The translations under genes were made by a program, and so were the position numbers. From positions 384,001 through 448,000 of the forward strand of contig JANRKS010000019.1 of the NCBI GenBank assembly GCA_033763315.1: a stretch of DNA of 64,000 nt, given 5' to 3'. Below, one piece after another: positions 19,260 through 32,204 of this stretch (positions are counted from its first letter, which is position 1; each line of letters begins with the position of its first letter). The DNA is from Deltaproteobacteria bacterium. Lineage in GTDB: Bacteria > Myxococcota_A > Polyangia > Fen-1088. Under the pieces are notes generated by a model. That model had not been told where the DNA came from and ran no database searches. It saw nothing but the letters and a program-made list of their open reading frames with translations.

Positions 19260-21238
19260 GTTGGGGACACGTCTTTCATCTGGGAGGGCTGTCGATCAAG
19301 AATCTCACGAACTTTTCGCGCGAGCCCCGATGCGTTTAAAGGTTTCTCGATAAAATCAGAACCAGGGCGCAGCACACCTTGCTTCACGATCGCTTCTTCT
19401 GCATAGCCCGACATGAACAGAACCGCCATATCTGGCCAGGCGGGGGCCAGACGTTCCGCAAGCTCTTGGCCCGACAAACGTGGCATCACCACGTCGGTCA
19501 ACAACAAATGCATGCGGCCTTTGTGTTGTTCGGCCACCAACAGCGCCTCAGCGCCATTGCTTGCATCCAGCACCTTGTAGCCCAGTTGGCGTAGGACACG
19601 CCCCACAAATGAACGGACCGCGGGTTCGTCCTCAACCAGCAAGATCGTTTCGGTGCCGCGCCTTTGTTCGCTGGGCTCGGGCAAGGCGCTGGATGTGTTG
19701 GTGGCGCGTTCGGGCGATGTGGGGAACAGAATGTCGAACGTCGTTCCCTCGCCAGGGGCGCTGCGCACTTCGATGTGCCCGCCGCTTTGTTTCACGATGC
19801 CGAACACAGTTGCAAGGCCAAGGCCGGTCCCTTGCCCCGTGACCTTTGTTGAGAAGAATGGCTCGAAAATGCGCTCTTGCAGTTCGCGGGTCATGCCCGT
19901 GCCCGAATCGCTGACCGATACCCCCACGTATTCACCTGGCCGCAAGTCCAGCCCCGCGGCGGGGCCCTCTGATGTGGACACGAGCGTACGGCGCGCGTGA
20001 ATGTGCAGCTGCCCTCCGCGCGGCATAGCGTCGCGCGCGTTGACCACCAGGTTCATCATCACTTGCTCAAATTGCGCGGGATCCACGCGTGCGGTGGGCG
20101 TGTCTTCGTCGATGTCGATGCGCAACTCAATGTCTTCACCGATCACCCGTTGCAGCATCTGCTGCATATCACGCAATGCCACAAACACGCTGAAGGGTTG
20201 CGGCTGCAGAACTTGCCGGCGGCCAAACGCCAACAGCTGCCGTGTGAGCGCCGCCGCCCGTTGCACGGCGCTGGTGATCTCGGCGACGTCGCTTTGGATC
20301 GGGCTGTGGCGCGGGATCTCACCCGCGATGATGGTGGCGAACCCGGAGATCGCAGAAAGAATATTGTTGAAGTCATGGGCGATGCCGCCGGCCAAGAGAC
20401 CCACGGCTTCCATTTTCTGCGCCTGCCGCACCTGCTCTTCAAGCGCATAACGCTGGCTGACGTCGCGGTAAATCGTGACGATCGAGCGCAATCCAGGCGT
20501 GGCCAAATGGTTCACGCGCGTGGTCTCGAGATAGCGGTCTTCGCCGGTGGCATGCAAATAGCGAAATTCCGCGCGGACGCCATTGCCGGGGTTGTCCAGG
20601 CAGCGTTGCCACAGCACGGCCAAACGATCGCGTTCGTCTGGGTGCACCAGCTCGAACACATGACGCCCGGTCATCTCGTGTGGCTCATATCCAAACACGC
20701 GCACCGTGGCCGGGCTCAGATAGGCGATTGTGCCGCGGGAACTCGCCAGCTCAATGCAGTCTTCGCTCGATTCGACGAGCGCACGAAATCGTTGTTCACT
20801 TTCGCGCAGCTGTTCCTCTGCCTCGCGTTGGTCGGTGACGTCATGCTGGTTCATCACCACCGCGTGCACGTTGGGATCGCTGAGCAGGTTTGTGCCTGTG
20901 CTTTGATGCCAACGCCAGGCGCCGCCACGATGGCGAATGCGAAACTGCAGCGCCTTCGGCACGCCGGGGTTCGCGAACAAGAACGCAAAGTGAGCGCGCA
21001 AAGCCGGCAGATCGGCGTCGTGCACGAATTCGGTCAACGAGCGCCCATAGAGCTCATCCGCTTGATAACCAAGGATGTGTTCCAACGAAGGCGCCACATA
21101 ACGAATCATGCCTTGCCCGTCGAACAACGTAATGAGGTCGGAGCCGTGCATGACCAGCGCACGCAGCCACGGCGCCTGCAGAAACGGACTGGCCTCTTCG
21201 CCAGCCACCTTACCCAAAGATTCCATCCCGTCGCGCAT
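19256..21238 (-). CDS. PAS-PAS hybrid histidine kinase/response regulator (CckA-like)
   Basis: Two PAS domains, AGGIAHDFNN, NARDAM, FEPFFSTK..G.GTGLGL, receiver. Confidence 0.93.
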   Translation of the reverse strand: MRDGMESLGKVAGEEASPFLQAPWLRALVMHGSDLITLFDGQGMIRYVAPSLEHILGYQADELYGRSLTEFVHDADLPALRAHFAFLFANPGVPKALQFRIRHRGGAWRWHQSTGTNLLSDPNVHAVVMNQHDVTDQREAEEQLRESEQRFRALVESSEDCIELASSRGTIAYLSPATVRVFGYEPHEMTGRHVFELVHPDERDRLAVLWQRCLDNPGNGVRAEFRYLHATGEDRYLETTRVNHLATPGLRSIVTIYRDVSQRYALEEQVRQAQKMEAVGLLAGGIAHDFNNILSAISGFATIIAGEIPRHSPIQSDVAEITSAVQRAAALTRQLLAFGRRQVLQPQPFSVFVALRDMQQMLQRVIGEDIELRIDIDEDTPTARVDPAQFEQVMMNLVVNARDAMPRGGQLHIHARRTLVSTSEGPAAGLDLRPGEYVGVSVSDSGTGMTRELQERIFEPFFSTKVTGQGTGLGLATVFGIVKQSGGHIEVRSAPGEGTTFDILFPTSPERATNTSSALPEPSEQRRGTETILLVEDEPAVRSFVGRVLRQLGYKVLDASNGAEALLVAEQHKGRMHLLLTDVVMPRLSGQELAERLAPAWPDMAVLFMSGYAEEAIVKQGVLRPGSDFIEKPLNASGLARKVREILDRQPSQMKDVSPT

Positions 21239-21273
21239 GCTACCAGCCGGCGGCCGAAGTGCCCACGGCCGTA

Positions 21274-23802
21274 TTATGGCGATTTCGTTCGCGCTTCACA
21301 TTGTGCTTTCGACTGGCGGGCGGCATTTGCAACCCAAGCGTCGTTGCTGGCAAGTTGCGCGTCGATGGCGGCCAGCGCTGCAGGGCCACACAACTTACCC
21401 AACGCGGCCATGCCGCTGCGTCGAAGGCGTGGTCGCGGTTGGTTCACCAGTTCAAGCGCAGCGATTGTGGCTTGCGACGAATCCAACGGAACCAGCGTCT
21501 CCAAGGTTGCCGCGGCCACGTCATCAAGTGACGGATCGGTGGCCGCCGCGGAGGTTGCCTGGCGCAGGACCCGCACAAGTGTGTTGGCGTCCTCTTTTTC
21601 GCCCACCGCCATCAGCACTTTCGCAGCGGCCTCACGCAGAGGCACGGGTGCCACTTGCCGCTTGAGTGCATTCAAAGCTTCGGGGCGGGCCTGCCCAAAC
21701 TTACAAGCGGCCAAACCCTCAAGCGCCGCAATCTTGCCGTCAAGTGATACATCGTCTTGTGCGAGGGCGGCCATCAAGATCTGTGGCGCAACACAGGCCG
21801 CGGCGATTGCTTCAACGAGCGCCGCTTTGGCAAACGGCCAACGCTCGCTCGCATAAGCATCGGACAGGGTGGATGCAAAACGGTTGGCGCCAGGGGCCCG
21901 TGCAAAGCCGCGCGCCACGGTTTGCCGAACGCGTGGGTCACGATCGCGCAGCCCTTGCTCGAGTGCCGTTTGCAACGTTGGGGTCCACTTAACGTGTTGT
22001 TTGGCCACCAGCGCTTCGAACGCCAAATTGCGAATCACGGGATCATCATCGCCCATCGCAATGCGAATGAGTCGTGCTTGAAAGGTCCGGCTGGGCCCCA
22101 ACGCCTGCACACAGCGCGCACGCAAGCCAAAGGGGGTGAGCGCGTCCTCGGCGCACGAAGCGGCTTGGTTAAGCCACGCGGGTTCTTGCTGTTGCCATCT
22201 CAGTTGTGTGCCCAACCACAGAAGCTCCGCATGGTGCTGCGGTTGTTGTGACCACTGCACGCGGCTCGCCGGAAGAAGGCGATCGATCGCGGCCATGGTA
22301 AAGACGCGGCTTTGCAGCAACACCCTCCGCACCAGCGCATTGGTGTCGCCCTCGGTCGTGCCCACCTGATCGAGCAACAGCTGCAGCGTCTCCTCGTGGC
22401 TGGCCAAGAGCCGCGCCGCCGTCTCCCGTGTGCCGGCCGTCTGCGTGGCATCTTGCACGATTTGCGCGAGTGCTTTGGACATCGTGGGCCCGCCGCGTCC
22501 CACCCAAAAGGCCAACGATTGCGGCTTGAGCACGGATGGGGGGGCGCTTAAAACCGCGGGTAAACTCGGCAGCAGCCATGTTTGCAGGGGTGGCACCGCC
22601 GCCGGCGGCAGCTTTGCCAGGGCTTCCCACGCGCACGCCTGTCCCGCCTGTGATGCCGACGCCAATTGGTTCGCCAACCGGGTCGCCACGGCGGCCGGCT
22701 CGACGTTCGCCAACGACGGCAACACGGCGCCACAGCCCACACCCGACAAAATGCGGCTCGCGACATGATCCACCGCGCTTGTGCCATCGAGTGTGGTGAC
22801 AAACTGCACCTCGGCGAGAGCCAGCGGCTCTGCTGCAGGGCCAGCGTTAACGTCGATCGTCACACACGACGTTGTGATGGGCTCCGGCAGCACAACCCAG
22901 ATGGTGGCACCTGCGTCTGATGGCACGGAGACATTCAAACGTGTGGCGTCCGACGCCGTGACCTGCAGCGTTTGCGGCCACACCGTGCCGTCGGCCTTCG
23001 TGAGCGCCACGCCTGTGACCGCCAGTTCAGAGGCGGCGCGGGCGGTGGCGAAAGCGAAGCCGCCGCCCTTGTTCCACGCGCGCCAAGCGGTGGCCACGTT
23101 GCCATCATCCAAAACACCAGCCGAGGGCAGGGCACGCGCTGTCTGGGCGGCCGCAGACGACGCCGCGGTAAACGCGAAGGCATGTTGGCGCACGGGCGGC
23201 CATGGCTGCCCTGCGAGCATGGGCTCAACGGCGGAGGCCGCGACCGATGTGGCCCCCGATCCAAGCCACGGCGGTGCGAGCCTTGGCACAAAGGCCCGCT
23301 TGTTTATATCGAAGTCTTCAATGCGCCAAACGGGTGCCTCCACGTCGCAGCGTCGCAGCCACGAGGCTGTGAACGACCGAACAAGGCCTGCTTTTGCAAC
23401 GGTCACGCGCGCGTTGGCCTCGCCATCGGCGTCCAGGGGACCGTCGTCGCCTTCCCAGGCCAGGCGCAGACTTCCTGATGGATCCTGCACGAAAGCCCAC
23501 AGCTTGCTTCCGCCTGTGACTTGGGGCCAGCGCACCAGCGCCCAGCGCGGCGTGGCGTCGTCGGCTGTTTCCACGCGCACACGGGCGGCGTCGCCTTTGC
23601 CTCGCAATACCGGTGACTTGCCCGCGCCCCACGTCAACACAACGCCGCCGGGCGCCGGCAAAATGCGCGCAACCGGCGGGGCAGAAGCATCAATGGGGGC
23701 CGCGGTCGCCAGCCACGAAAACGCAAACAAACAAGGGAACACCACGCTTTGATAACACACGACGCCAGTCGTTTCCGTTCGCTTTGGCGGACATCCACGC
23801 AC
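21274..23802 (-). CDS. Secreted protein with discoidin-like segment and C-terminal HEAT repeats (start uncertain)
   Basis: LDDGNVATAW; DDDPVIRNLAFEAL and DRDPRVRQTVA HEAT-like units. Confidence 0.65.
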   Translation of the reverse strand: MRGCPPKRTETTGVVCYQSVVFPCLFAFSWLATAAPIDASAPPVARILPAPGGVVLTWGAGKSPVLRGKGDAARVRVETADDATPRWALVRWPQVTGGSKLWAFVQDPSGSLRLAWEGDDGPLDADGEANARVTVAKAGLVRSFTASWLRRCDVEAPVWRIEDFDINKRAFVPRLAPPWLGSGATSVAASAVEPMLAGQPWPPVRQHAFAFTAASSAAAQTARALPSAGVLDDGNVATAWRAWNKGGGFAFATARAASELAVTGVALTKADGTVWPQTLQVTASDATRLNVSVPSDAGATIWVVLPEPITTSCVTIDVNAGPAAEPLALAEVQFVTTLDGTSAVDHVASRILSGVGCGAVLPSLANVEPAAVATRLANQLASASQAGQACAWEALAKLPPAAVPPLQTWLLPSLPAVLSAPPSVLKPQSLAFWVGRGGPTMSKALAQIVQDATQTAGTRETAARLLASHEETLQLLLDQVGTTEGDTNALVRRVLLQSRVFTMAAIDRLLPASRVQWSQQPQHHAELLWLGTQLRWQQQEPAWLNQAASCAEDALTPFGLRARCVQALGPSRTFQARLIRIAMGDDDPVIRNLAFEALVAKQHVKWTPTLQTALEQGLRDRDPRVRQTVARGFARAPGANRFASTLSDAYASERWPFAKAALVEAIAAACVAPQILMAALAQDDVSLDGKIAALEGLAACKFGQARPEALNALKRQVAPVPLREAAAKVLMAVGEKEDANTLVRVLRQATSAAATDPSLDDVAAATLETLVPLDSSQATIAALELVNQPRPRLRRSGMAALGKLCGPAALAAIDAQLASNDAWVANAARQSKAQCEARTKSP

Positions 23803-23847
23803 GCTGGTGGTATAGAAGCGCCCCCTATCACCTCCTAGATCGCACGC

Positions 23848-24822
23848 ATGGACTCAATCGAACCCACGAACGCTCCTTCCACTGTCGCCGGCGTTGTTGC
23901 CATTGTGGGGGAGCCCAACGTTGGCAAGTCCACGCTCTTGAACCGAATTGTGGGCGAAAAGCTGGCCATTGTGACGCCGAAACCACAAACCACGCGGAAC
24001 CGAATCCTGGGCGTGTGGAACGGCGAGGGCGGCCAAATCGTGTTCGTTGATACGCCTGGCGTACACAGCGCCCGCACGGCGTTGGGCAAATTCATGGTCG
24101 ACGAGGCTTACCGCGCGCTCACAGGCGTGGATGTGGTGTTGATGGTGATCGATCTGTCGCGCGCCACGGGTGCGTCATCCCGCCATCTGCCGCGCGGCGC
24201 ACGCAAAGGTTCGGCCGTGGAAGCCGCGCTGCTCGAGCGCGTGAAGCAGTCAGGCCGGCCGGCGATCCTCGCGCTCAACAAGGTCGACGAGGTCAAAGAC
24301 AAAACGAAGCTGTTCCCGCTGCTTGAGCAGTGGAACGAATCGAACGACTTCGCCGCGTTGGTGCCCATCTCGGCTTCGAAAGGCAGCGGCGTGGACTCGC
24401 TGGTCAAGGAGCTGTGCAAGCATTTGCCCAAGGGGCCTCCGCTTTATGACGCCGACACGCTCACCGATCGCACTGAACGCTTCTTGGTGGGTGAGCTGAT
24501 TCGCGAACAGGTGTTCTTGCAGCTTTACCAAGAGCTGCCGTTTTCCACCGCTGTGGAAGTGGACATGTGGGAAGAGCGCCCGCAAAAAGGTGACGTTGTT
24601 ATCAACGCCACCATCGTTGTGGAGCGTGACAGCCAAAAGGCCATCGTGGTGGGCCATGGTGGCGCCACGATCCGCGACATCGGCAAGGCCGCACGCGAGG
24701 AGGCGACCAAACTTTTGGGGCGCCCCGCACATTTGAAATTGTTCGTGAAGGTGCAGCGCGACTGGACGTCGACCGCGCAGGCGATCGGACAATTGGGTTA
24801 TGACCCTGAAAGCAATTCGTAA
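23848..24822 (+). CDS. era: GTPase Era
   Basis: GEPNVGKST, PQTTRNRI, DTPG, NKVD, KH domain with ERDSQKAIVVG. Confidence 0.96.
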   Translation: MDSIEPTNAPSTVAGVVAIVGEPNVGKSTLLNRIVGEKLAIVTPKPQTTRNRILGVWNGEGGQIVFVDTPGVHSARTALGKFMVDEAYRALTGVDVVLMVIDLSRATGASSRHLPRGARKGSAVEAALLERVKQSGRPAILALNKVDEVKDKTKLFPLLEQWNESNDFAALVPISASKGSGVDSLVKELCKHLPKGPPLYDADTLTDRTERFLVGELIREQVFLQLYQELPFSTAVEVDMWEERPQKGDVVINATIVVERDSQKAIVVGHGGATIRDIGKAAREEATKLLGRPAHLKLFVKVQRDWTSTAQAIGQLGYDPESNS

Positions 24823-26531
24823 TGGCCAAGCGACCGAACCCCCGAGACACAGCGCCTTCGCTGCCCCAAGAATCCCTCGATAAATTGCCCCTCGTGGCGT
24901 TGGTGGGGCGCCCGAACGTGGGCAAGTCTTCCCTGTTTAACCGCTTGGTGGGTGGCCGCCCCGCGCTTGTCGAAGATGAACCTGGTGTCACACGCGATCG
25001 TCGTTATGGTGTGGTTCATTGGCAGCGCGCACAGTTGCGCGTTGTGGACACAGGTGGCTTGGATCCCTCCGCCGAAGGCATTCTGGGTGCCATGCGCGGG
25101 CAAACGCTGCGTGCCGTGGACGAAGCCGACGTATTGATGTTGGTGGTCGATGCTCACGCGGGCGTGACCGCGCTTGACGCCGAGGTGGGTCGCGCGCTTC
25201 GCCGCACGGGCAAGCCCGTGGTGGTGGCGGCGAACAAGGTGGATCACGACAAACGCGAAGCGTTCGCCAGCGACGCCCACTCGTTGGGGTTCAACCTCGT
25301 GTTTCCGGTGTCGGCCGCCCACGGCCGTGGCGTGGGCAACCTGATGGACGCCGTTTTGGAAGTGCTGGGCGAACGCGTGACGTACGCGCCCAAGCCCGAA
25401 AAGCAATCGCGTCGCCGATCGCGTCGCATGGCCGACGATGACGAAGTGGACGAAACCAGCCAGGAGCTGACCGAGCTGCTCGGCATTCCCAAGCCCAAGC
25501 CCGCCCCCGAACCGGTGGACGAAGAAGAGCCGCGCGGAGAGTTTGAGGCGCCAGAGCCTGCGCCGGAAGCACCCGTGCGCCGCGACGATCTCAATCGTCC
25601 GATTCGCCTCGCCTTGGTGGGCAAGCCCAACGTTGGCAAATCGTCGCTTGTGAACCGTCTGTTGGGCGAAGAGCGCGTTTTGGTGCACGACGAGCCCGGC
25701 ACCACACGCGACCCAATCGATTCGCCATTTTCACACAACGGCAAAGAATTCGTGCTGGTTGACACCGCGGGCCTGCGTCGCCGCAAAGTTGTGAAGACTT
25801 TGACGGAAGCCGTTTCGGCCAAGATGTCGCGCGATCAGATCGAGCGCGCCGACGTTGTGGCTCTGGTTGTGGATCTGGAGGCGGGCGCCAGCGACGACGA
25901 CGCAAAGCTGGCGTCGTTCGTTGAAGAAACCGGCCGCGCGCTGGTTGTGGTGCTGAACAAAGCCGACGCGGTGACGCGTTCACAATTGGACGGCAAGGTT
26001 CAGCAATGCAAAGAGCGGCTAAGCTTCGTGTCCTGGGCCACGTTCGTGATTGCCTCGGCCATGACGGGCAAAGCGGTGGACAAGATCATCGACGCGGCCG
26101 CCGAAGCCTTTGCTTCTTGGACGCGACGGGTTCCAACCGCGGAGCTCAACCGCAATTTCGAAGACATGATCACGCGCCGGCCACCCCCGTCGGGGCCCTC
26201 GGGCCGGCACGTGCGGCTTTATTACGCCACGCAGGCGGCTGTGGCGCCGCCCATGTTTTTTATCAGCGCGAACCTGGAGAAGGCCGTGGGCCAGCCTTAT
26301 CGGCGGTACCTCACAAACCAGTTCCGCAAGATCTATGGCTTCGAGGGCAGCCCTCTGAAGGTTGTGGTGCGCGGCCGCACCCAAGCCGAGGAAGATGAGG
26401 CGGCAAACAAGCCCACGAAAAAGCCGAGCAAAAAGCTCGGCGCACAGGCGGCCAAGCGCGAGAAGAAGTCCGCCAGCCGCAAGAGCGCCAGCAGCGCAAA
26501 GCCAACGAAGAGCGCGCGCACCCGCGTTTAG
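24822..26531 (+). CDS. der: Ribosome biogenesis GTPase Der/EngA
   Basis: Two G domains (GRPNVGKS, GKPNVGKS), GVTRDR, DTAG, C-terminal KH-like YRRYL.N..R. Confidence 0.95.
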   Translation: MAKRPNPRDTAPSLPQESLDKLPLVALVGRPNVGKSSLFNRLVGGRPALVEDEPGVTRDRRYGVVHWQRAQLRVVDTGGLDPSAEGILGAMRGQTLRAVDEADVLMLVVDAHAGVTALDAEVGRALRRTGKPVVVAANKVDHDKREAFASDAHSLGFNLVFPVSAAHGRGVGNLMDAVLEVLGERVTYAPKPEKQSRRRSRRMADDDEVDETSQELTELLGIPKPKPAPEPVDEEEPRGEFEAPEPAPEAPVRRDDLNRPIRLALVGKPNVGKSSLVNRLLGEERVLVHDEPGTTRDPIDSPFSHNGKEFVLVDTAGLRRRKVVKTLTEAVSAKMSRDQIERADVVALVVDLEAGASDDDAKLASFVEETGRALVVVLNKADAVTRSQLDGKVQQCKERLSFVSWATFVIASAMTGKAVDKIIDAAAEAFASWTRRVPTAELNRNFEDMITRRPPPSGPSGRHVRLYYATQAAVAPPMFFISANLEKAVGQPYRRYLTNQFRKIYGFEGSPLKVVVRGRTQAEEDEAANKPTKKPSKKLGAQAAKREKKSASRKSASSAKPTKSARTRV

Positions 26532-27076
26532 AACACGCGGTACGAAACCCGCAGCGATACCGTAGCCAGCTGCGGCGTTTCACCGAAGGTGTCGCTGCCG
26601 GTCAGTTGCACCGGCAGATACGTGTAACGGCCGATGAGGCCCACGCTGTAGCGGGGGTTCAATAAATAGTCTGCGCCCAAGCCAACCTGCAGGCCAACGT
26701 CGCTGCGCTTGTCGGCCACACCGCCGCCCACGCCCAACACGCATACGCTGCCTTCAACAAATGGCAGCAACCGCAGCACGTCTAAAGAATAGGTGATGCC
26801 TAGGGCGGCATGGCCCACGCGCACAACGGCGTCCTGGTTCACGCGCTCAAGCCACGCCGCCTCAACCGCGGCCCGCGCGGCCCAAGCGTCGTTGAACCCA
26901 TATTGCGCATCCACCCCCACAATTGCCCCGAGCGGGGAAGCGCCGTCGGCGGCCACCCGCGCACCGCCGGCGCTCACACCGAACTGCCATTCCTCTTCGG
27001 CCGCGGCCCAGGCACGAGTGGGCACAAGATACCCAAAAATCATCCATGCAAAAACGAGCCAGCAGCGTCGGAACAC
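26528..27076 (-). CDS. Small outer-membrane beta-barrel protein
   Basis: Signal peptide, amphipathic strands, terminal SYRVF beta-signal. Confidence 0.7.
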   Translation of the reverse strand: MFRRCWLVFAWMIFGYLVPTRAWAAAEEEWQFGVSAGGARVAADGASPLGAIVGVDAQYGFNDAWAARAAVEAAWLERVNQDAVVRVGHAALGITYSLDVLRLLPFVEGSVCVLGVGGGVADKRSDVGLQVGLGADYLLNPRYSVGLIGRYTYLPVQLTGSDTFGETPQLATVSLRVSYRVF

Positions 27077-27210
27077 GCCACCACTATACCCGGCGCTGCC
27101 TTCCGCGGCTGGCCGTCAGCACACCTGGGGTTGGGCTCTTGGCACCCGAACGGCCTTGGCAGCCAGCATCATGTTGACCCGGCGGGGTGTGGATGTTAAT
27201 CCCGAGGGCC

Positions 27211-27987
27211 GTGGCTAAGAAAAAGCACAAAGACGAAATCGAAGAATTGAAGGCTCCCGACCAATTCGTGTCGTTCTGGACGCGGGTGGGGGAACGGCTG
27301 TCTCGGCACCGTCGCGGCTTGGTCACGATCGTCGTCACCGTCTTGGCGGCGACGGCGGCCTTGCAAGTCGGCCGTTATGTCTTTTCAAAGCGCGACGGCG
27401 AAACGTCGCGGGCCTTCGCCAAGATCGAGCAAATCGCCACCGCGGGCCTCATTCCTGCCGAAGGGGAGCCGCCCAAGTTCGATGACGGCGTCGCGCACTT
27501 TAAGACCGACGAAGAGCGTAAACAGGCCGCTCTCAAAGAAGCCGAAACATTCCTGGCCGCCCACAGCAAAGGCAAGTTGGCCGCTATGGCCAAGCTGCTT
27601 AAGGCCAGTTTCCTTCGCGATTTGGGCAAGAACGACGAAGCCATCGCGCTTTACCAGCCGTTGACCTCCAGCGACGATTTGAGCGCGGAGCTGCAGCTCG
27701 TGGCCCTGGACGGTCTCGCGTTGGCGCAAGAGGCGGCCGGCCAAATTGATGCGGCCCTCGCCACGCTCGATAAACTTCACACGGCCGCCAAAGCGCAACA
27801 GGGCTTCCTGGGTGATCGCGCGCTTTACACCAAAGCGCGTCTGCTTGAGTCCAAAGGCAAAGCCGAAGAGGCCAAGGCTTTGTACAAGTCGATCAGCGCC
27901 GATTATCCCAACACAACTTTGCGTGAAGAGGTCACCCGCCGTCTCGCCTTGCTTGACGAGGCCACCAGCGGCGCGGCCACGCCTTGA
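27211..27987 (+). CDS. YfgM-like membrane-anchored TPR protein
   Basis: ELKAPDQF, single TM, TPR helices; directly upstream of the BamB-like gene. Confidence 0.75.
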   Translation: MAKKKHKDEIEELKAPDQFVSFWTRVGERLSRHRRGLVTIVVTVLAATAALQVGRYVFSKRDGETSRAFAKIEQIATAGLIPAEGEPPKFDDGVAHFKTDEERKQAALKEAETFLAAHSKGKLAAMAKLLKASFLRDLGKNDEAIALYQPLTSSDDLSAELQLVALDGLALAQEAAGQIDAALATLDKLHTAAKAQQGFLGDRALYTKARLLESKGKAEEAKALYKSISADYPNTTLREEVTRRLALLDEATSGAATP

Positions 27988-29180
27988 TCGATCCACCAGC
28001 AGATTTCAAAGTGACTAAGCGCGTGCGCGAGCAGCATCAAGCTTGTGCCTTTGTGGTGGCGATGGCCTCGCTCCTGTGTGGCTGCCAAGCCTCGACGGTG
28101 CGGCGCCCTTACGAGCAAACCAGCCGCAACGAAGCCACGGGTGGCGTTCTGTCACTGCTCTGGCGCTCTGACGTTCATGTCCACGCTTTGTTCGAGCCCG
28201 CGCCTGAGGAATGTGCGCGTGGCGCGCTCGTGGGCAAACGATTGGTGCTTGGCTCACGCAACCGCAAGGTGGCCGCGTTCGACACCGACAGCGGGCAACG
28301 CCTTTGGCAAAAAAACGTTGGCGCGCAGGTGGAAAGCGAAGCGGCCTACGACCCAGCCCGCGGCCTCGTGTATCTGGGCGCCAATGATGGGCAGCTGTTG
28401 GCCCTGGACCCCGCGGACGGCAACATTCGATGGCGGTATCAGGCCGAAGGCGGCATCGCAAACGCTCCGCTGCTGGTGGGCGACAACCTTTACTTTTCCA
28501 CCAACCGGGGCCGGCTTTACGCGGTTTCCGCCTCCACGGGCAAGTTCCTATGGGACTATGAACGCGAGCGGCCCGACGAGTTCACGATTCACGGCGATTC
28601 TTCGCCTCGCTTGTTCGGCGATCGGCTTTACGCGGGGTTCTCTGATGGCTTCTTAACGGCCTTGCGCCCCGGCACGGGTGACGTGGAATGGGCTCGCAGC
28701 TTGGCCTCGGGCTCGAATCAATACGTCGACGTCGACACGACGCCGGTGATGGTGGATGGCACCTTGATCGCAGGTTCACACTCGGGCGGCATATACGGTT
28801 TGCACCCCACTGACGGCCTTGTGAAGTGGCGCGTGCCCGTGGAAGGCGCGGGCAGCCCGGCCCAATGGGGCACCCAAGTTTATTTCGTGGCGCCTCGAGA
28901 AGGGCTACACGCGCTTGATGGCCGAACGGGGCACATCACTTACCGCCGCGGCCTCACGGGCGCCGGCGCGGTGACCACGCCACAGGTGGTGGGGCCTTAT
29001 CTGGTGTTCTCGGGCAGCCGTACCGGAATCTACGTTGTGGATCGCGAAACCGGTCGTTTGCGGCAAACGTTTTTCCCTGGCCGCGGCATGTGCGCATCGC
29101 CCACAGTCGACGAAGAACACCGCCGGCTCTACGCGCTTTCGAACGGCGGCACGCTCTACGCGTTCTCGATGAATTGGTAG
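27984..29180 (+). CDS. BamB-like PQQ-type beta-propeller lipoprotein
   Basis: Lipobox LLCGC, repeated A.D..TG...W blades. Confidence 0.8.
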   Translation: MIDPPADFKVTKRVREQHQACAFVVAMASLLCGCQASTVRRPYEQTSRNEATGGVLSLLWRSDVHVHALFEPAPEECARGALVGKRLVLGSRNRKVAAFDTDSGQRLWQKNVGAQVESEAAYDPARGLVYLGANDGQLLALDPADGNIRWRYQAEGGIANAPLLVGDNLYFSTNRGRLYAVSASTGKFLWDYERERPDEFTIHGDSSPRLFGDRLYAGFSDGFLTALRPGTGDVEWARSLASGSNQYVDVDTTPVMVDGTLIAGSHSGGIYGLHPTDGLVKWRVPVEGAGSPAQWGTQVYFVAPREGLHALDGRTGHITYRRGLTGAGAVTTPQVVGPYLVFSGSRTGIYVVDRETGRLRQTFFPGRGMCASPTVDEEHRRLYALSNGGTLYAFSMNW

Positions 29181-29195
29181 CGAGCCGTTCAGCCG

Positions 29196-29891
29196 CTAAG
29201 TGCCCGAGTTCGTCAGGCGGCGCACCAGCTCTTTGATGCGACGGCCGCCGCCCGCATCGCGTGCGCGCCATTCCAAGCCAAAGCCGCTTTCGTCACCCGA
29301 GCGGCCGGTCCAGGCGACGCGGCCGGAGAATGACATCGCACGCGCGGCACCGGGTGGCGCGAGTTCCAGAATCACCTCGCCCTCACGGCCCATCGGAGGT
29401 TCAGTTTCCACAAAGGCTCCGCCGTGCCCGATGTCACGCAAGGTTCCCGTGCGCGGCTCTTGCTCGCCGTCGAACCACCACGACACAGGCATGGCCAGGC
29501 GAATGCGTTCGTGACGGCGCCGGCTCTTCACAGAATCACCCGCCGGGGCCACTTCGTGCACGAAATCTAACTTGGGCCTTTCAGACTCGTTGAACTGCAC
29601 GCCCACGCCAGCGCGCACCTTATCGGCGTGCTTGCCGGGACGCCGCCAGCACACGGCGCCTTCGAGGTGAAGGGGAGGGCGCCGGCGGCCGAGCCTCACC
29701 AGCACCTTAACCGGAAAGCCTGGTGGCAATTTGCGGCGGGTGGGGCAAAAGACGATTCCACCGTCATCGGTGGCCTCGAACGCATCGAAGAATTCCTGCC
29801 GGCTGCGGAACAGAAATTCGAACGGCGCCCAACCGCGGGGGTCACCCGGGATATGCACAAAATCGGTTGCTTTTGAACCCACGGAAGGCAT
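29196..29891 (-). CDS. Tandem PilZ-domain protein
   Basis: RRHER and DIGHGG c-di-GMP motifs in the C-terminal PilZ; degenerate N-terminal PilZ. Confidence 0.8.
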   Translation of the reverse strand: MPSVGSKATDFVHIPGDPRGWAPFEFLFRSRQEFFDAFEATDDGGIVFCPTRRKLPPGFPVKVLVRLGRRRPPLHLEGAVCWRRPGKHADKVRAGVGVQFNESERPKLDFVHEVAPAGDSVKSRRRHERIRLAMPVSWWFDGEQEPRTGTLRDIGHGGAFVETEPPMGREGEVILELAPPGAARAMSFSGRVAWTGRSGDESGFGLEWRARDAGGGRRIKELVRRLTNSGT

Positions 29892-29920
29892 CCTGCTTTA
29901 TCGAAACGGGGGAATACTAC

Positions 29921-32175
<2,255 letters not shown>

Positions 32176-32204
32176 GTTAACCAGCCACGGCAGAGGGGGC
32201 CGTT

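Noticed and set aside
19997-21856. 619-aa + strand ORF
   Set aside because: Antisense shadow of the histidine kinase and HEAT genes
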